From the NCBI GenBank assembly GCA_903813345.2, contig CAIIXF020000001.1:29698001-29762000 (forward strand): DNA of 64,000 nucleotides. Reading direction: 5' to 3'. The notes below the pieces were generated by a model. It saw nothing but the letters and a program-made list of their open reading frames with translations, made no database searches and was not told where the DNA came from. This DNA comes from Owenia fusiformis (lineage: Eukaryota). Made by a program: the position numbers and the translations under genes. Below are positions 59,708 to 64,000 of this stretch, in pieces. Position 1 is the stretch's first letter. Every line of letters starts with the position of its first letter.

Positions 59708-62700
59708 GTTCAACTCAATAAAACACTTCTCTGGCTGCTGATACTATGGCGACTCCTTTACCAATTCATGTGGACTACACCGAGGAAAGTGACTCCTTTG
59801 TTAAACATTTGATCTCACGACATGGATAAAAATATCAATTAAACTATTTTAGAACTTGAAAATATGCAAATATTTTTACACCATAAATTCAATTAAACAT
59901 TGGAAACAAATCTCCAGTCACCATAGCAGGGACTTTATAAAAGAGGTACTTGGTCTGCAATATAAGTTTTTGTATCATTTATATAAATATATCTTAATAC
60001 CCTTTCATTAAATGTAACTCAAAAAAACAGTTATATTCAGCTGCCTGTACCTTAAACAAAACTATTGTGGCATTTCAAATTGTGATATTGTTATATTGCC
60101 ATATTGCCAAACATAATGCTTCAGGTTTACAAAGCTAGGATTAGAGATTATCTTAAATGAAATTCAGGATGTTGGGATTATCCTGAGGCAAATCAAATAT
60201 ATCTGCCCATAGGTTTGATGTTATGATAGGTAGATATATCACCAAGAGATCATCCAAGTTTCTTGAACTATGGAGGTAATGTAAACATTGATAACATGGA
60301 AGATGAAGTCAGTGCTGACAGGGAAGAGGTTGACAGACTCAATCAAGTAGAAGGGTATCAGGCCCGTAGCCTGAATTTTCCAAGGGGGGTTCACTTTTCC
60401 AAAGAATTCTAGGGGGGTTCACTTTGGCAAAGGATGTGTCTGGGTATATGCCCTTTTGGTCCCTCAGTCAAATGTATGTGAAATATGGTTTTTATTACTG
60501 TCCTAGTTATATTTGATAAGTATATTTACTTTTTCATGAGTTTTGATGCATAATTAGCCCCCTGCTGAGAGTCAGAATAAGTAGCCTAACAAACAAAAAA
60601 TAGTCATTATCATAGAAAAAAAACACCAATGGTAACATGTATGATATACAAAGAAGAAATAACTTAAGACCCATGAAGAATTAAAAAGAAAATCATATTT
60701 TTGAAATATTTTTAAGGATTAAAATTTTTTTCAAATTTTTGAATTTCCCGCCAGTTTAATTTGAAGGGGGAAAAACAAGATGGCTGCCATTTGATGTTAG
60801 AAATATCAGAAAAAAAGTTGCTTCACTTTTAGTTTTCACGGTGAGCACAGTTTTCCGGTTTGGGTTTTTTGACTGAATCTGACTCTTCATCACCAGGGTC
60901 ATGTATAGGGATTATAAAATTGAAACCAAAATGTTGTGCTCAGCATGAATTTGACTGAAATATGTGTAACTTCACCAACACAATTGAAGTCTCAAAACTG
61001 GATGCTCAGTAACTTTGAGTGACTATAATCCCTTGATTACCCAGATAAACACAAATTCACTTATCCAGAAATACCATTCAATGTCTATACAAAGAAAATA
61101 AGCAATGTTTTGGAGGATATGTTTCAAACTTTTTGTATAAATAATTCATTTAATATTTGCCATCGATTTTTTTTCAATTCTGACAAAGTGATATGCACCG
61201 TCTTTGATGCCAATATTCTTCATCAGTTGTTATACAAATTGATATTTTAGTAATCTCAGAAGAAGGATAAGATATTGAAGTTTAATAATATGTGTGATTG
61301 AGTTGGTTTTTCAGACATTACAATTTCCAATATTTTCTAAGTCGATACCCAGACTCATTCCCAGACTCATCCTTTGGCCAAAAATCACTCAAAAAATAGT
61401 CAGAATGGTGAAAAACTGCATGATTTTGAAAGAAATTTTGGCCAGGGGAGGAGGGGGGTTGGGTTCGCCTGAACCCACCCCCCCCTGGCTACTGACCTGG
61501 ATATTCAAATTGCCAATTTGTCATTTTGAAATGAGGTGGTTGCTAAATTTGGATAAAGCTGCCAGAATTTCTTCTGTAAACTTGTGTTTTCTTTCCTAGA
61601 TTTCATACCCATTTTATGTTTAATTTTTTGCACGAGATTATACTAAAATCATATTAATATAATTCGTGTATATACATTTCATGGATGTTTAAAGTTAGGG
61701 GTGATATGTTGGATCAGGGCAAATTCCAGAGGCTTCATTTCAAAAAATTGTACTTCAATCAGTATATTTCTGCATGAGTGCATAATATGCATATGTAGAA
61801 CATAAAGTTGTTTCTTTGGTTTCCACTATTTTATTATCAAAACAATAAATAACATTAGCATTTAACACACAGTGTGATGTTCTCTTTTCCTACTGTCATG
61901 ATTAGATCAAAAACTGACAAAACAATAAAACAATAAATAAATATATATATACGAAGTAACGATATACAAGTATATGATGTTCACAACTTTGATATAAAAT
62001 CAATCCTAATAAATATATTTAACTGTATAACTTTTGACTTGCTTGTTAAAGGCAGAATCAGAGCTATAGGGAGATCAATATGCAAGCAATGTGTACAGCT
62101 GATCTACCAATGTATTCCTGATTCGCTCAAATATAATATCTCCCAAAAGATTCGTGATATGTTATCAATTGATGAAGTTACTTAAGATTCAAAGTGCAAA
62201 AATTGGGAAAAATTTAAATTCTCCCAAATAACAAAAATGGTAACCATTCTTATAGACAAATGATTGCATTGGTGTAAAAATCTTTAGTGTTCCTCAGATA
62301 AGGTATATACTTGGGGTATTTTTAGAAAATAGACATGGCAAGGAATAATATGAGCCCAAAATATTGTAAAATTGAAACAATTTTCATAAAGATGGGCACC
62401 AAAGTAATCGAAGTAATTGCTAGATCTGATTCTGCCTTTAATCTAGCTAACGGTATGCTGAATGCAAGATACACATACCCAGCATAAGAGTAACTGGGTT
62501 CAGCAATCCTCTGATAATTACATGCCATCCTGTTGAAATTCTGATTGCACCATGCCAAAGGGGTGAAATCACCCTGCCAAAGGGTGAAATATTGAGATAT
62601 CTTTGACAATTCTAGTAAAATTAGCACCCAGTGAAAGAAATCCTGGGGAGATCACTGACATGTACAGGGTGGGCCAAAAATGTAACCCAAACAGATGTTA

Positions 62701-64000
62701 ATAACTCAGTCATCCATCATGGGTTTAATATTTGTTTTGGTTATGTATTGTCTACATTTGCTGGTACATTTGCTTAGAATTATGAAATTGTAAACAAAGA
62801 GATATCACCCGTAAGTAAAACAGTAACTTATGTTTATCATAAAGCTATAAGTGAATTGAAATTTTATGTTTTGCAAAAAAGATGTACTATGTATTGTAGC
62901 GATCAATTCTAATATCGCTTTCACCAAAAATGAATAGTTTTCTTCGTATAATTCCTTGCTTTTAATGTAGATTGAATAGTACCCGGGGAATAGTAATTTG
63001 ATCTTTTCCAAGTATCACACTGATTCCAGACCAATGACTGTTTGAGATGCCATTATTTAATAATCAATAGTTACTTGGATTGATATATAGAACAGTGCAG
63101 TAAATTATGATGTACTACACAAACTTTATTAATAATACACATAAGGGATTTATAAACACGTTATAAGTGATTTTACAAAATCTCTCCAATTTAAGTTGTA
63201 CTTAGCAGCATTAATATTATTGATAGTGATGAAATATCTGGGTGTTATTGATATCTGCATGCAATGGCTGAGACTGAAGTACATATGTTACTAGTTAATA
63301 TTACAACTATCCATGGTGATACCAGTTAAAATATTTTTTTGATATAATTTCGGTAATAAATCAAACTACATGTACATACAGTACATGTATTACTGTCATT
63401 TCATTTTTCTCGTGTCATCCTGAACATGTCTTTGCATTTCCAATTGGTATCTACCAGATTCAAATACTGTCAATAAATAGATGATTTGAACTTTAATGTT
63501 AGATCATACATAAGTGTGCGCTGGTTAAAACATACTCTAGTGAGGTAATTGCGGTTGCATACAAACATTTCCAATATTTTTGGTGCCAGCTGGGGAAGGA
63601 GGAGGGTGAACTGTGTCAAGAGGTGAAAGGGTTTAAAATGTCATGGAGCTTTAAACATTGGAATCAAGCAATATAATTTAATAGCTTCATAATAACAGTT
63701 TATACAGATAGCTGAAAATCAAGTATATATTCTATGTACAATTTCTGTAATGTGTGAGCATAAACATATGATATTACTCCTTTGTAAATGACATTTCATT
63801 AGTTTTTTTGCAGAATTGGTGTCCAGCCAACATTAATTTTCATACCAAAATAGTGATTGATTTCACATACTAATCTCCATGATATTGCCTTCAGTATTAT
63901 AAAAAAACATGTAATTGATAATAATAATCTAATATCACTATTGTTGACTTTTCACTATTCAAATGTGAATCCTTGACTCGGATAATACTCCATAAACAAT

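Noticed and set aside
59704-59718. Inverted repeat TTGAGTT-C-AACTCAA over the TRIT1 TGA stop as a readthrough or SECIS signal
   Set aside because: Only 7-bp arms with no workable loop, no SECIS core, and the protein is already complete.
60230-60354. Exon-like open stretch (VDISPRDHPSFLNYGG...DRLNQVEG) downstream of TRIT1
   Set aside because: Short, weak acceptor, ends at a MITE, no recognisable homology and no partner exons found.

Overview
AT-rich, CpG-poor genomic DNA from a non-vertebrate animal (spliceosomal introns, Helentron/HINE-type repeats; the taxon cannot be fixed from this window). Two protein-coding genes lie head-to-tail on the + strand. (1) A Myc proto-oncogene: probable non-coding exon 1 (~21400-21538) and coding exons 21973-22522 and 24549-25183, giving 394 aa with Myc boxes and a bHLH-LZ. 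(2) An 11-exon tRNA dimethylallyltransferase, TRIT1 (28094-59707, 479 aa reconstructed by hand, all splice phases consistent). This repeats the ancient Myc-TRIT1 linkage. The first ~21 kb is gene-free upstream DNA with MITEs and motif clusters. TRIT1 introns are packed with non-autonomous DNA transposons, satellite-carrying HINE-type elements and a young 5'-truncated LINE nested in a TIR element. Best leads: four perfect TGTGTTCA (miR-317-type 8mer) sites in 240 bp of the Myc 3' UTR; a ~1 kb CAC-terminated foldback with a 5-bp TSD (Transib/RAG-like signature); two in-frame start codons in TRIT1 resembling yeast MOD5 dual targeting; a U12-type intron; one HINE family present as both empty and satellite-filled copies.
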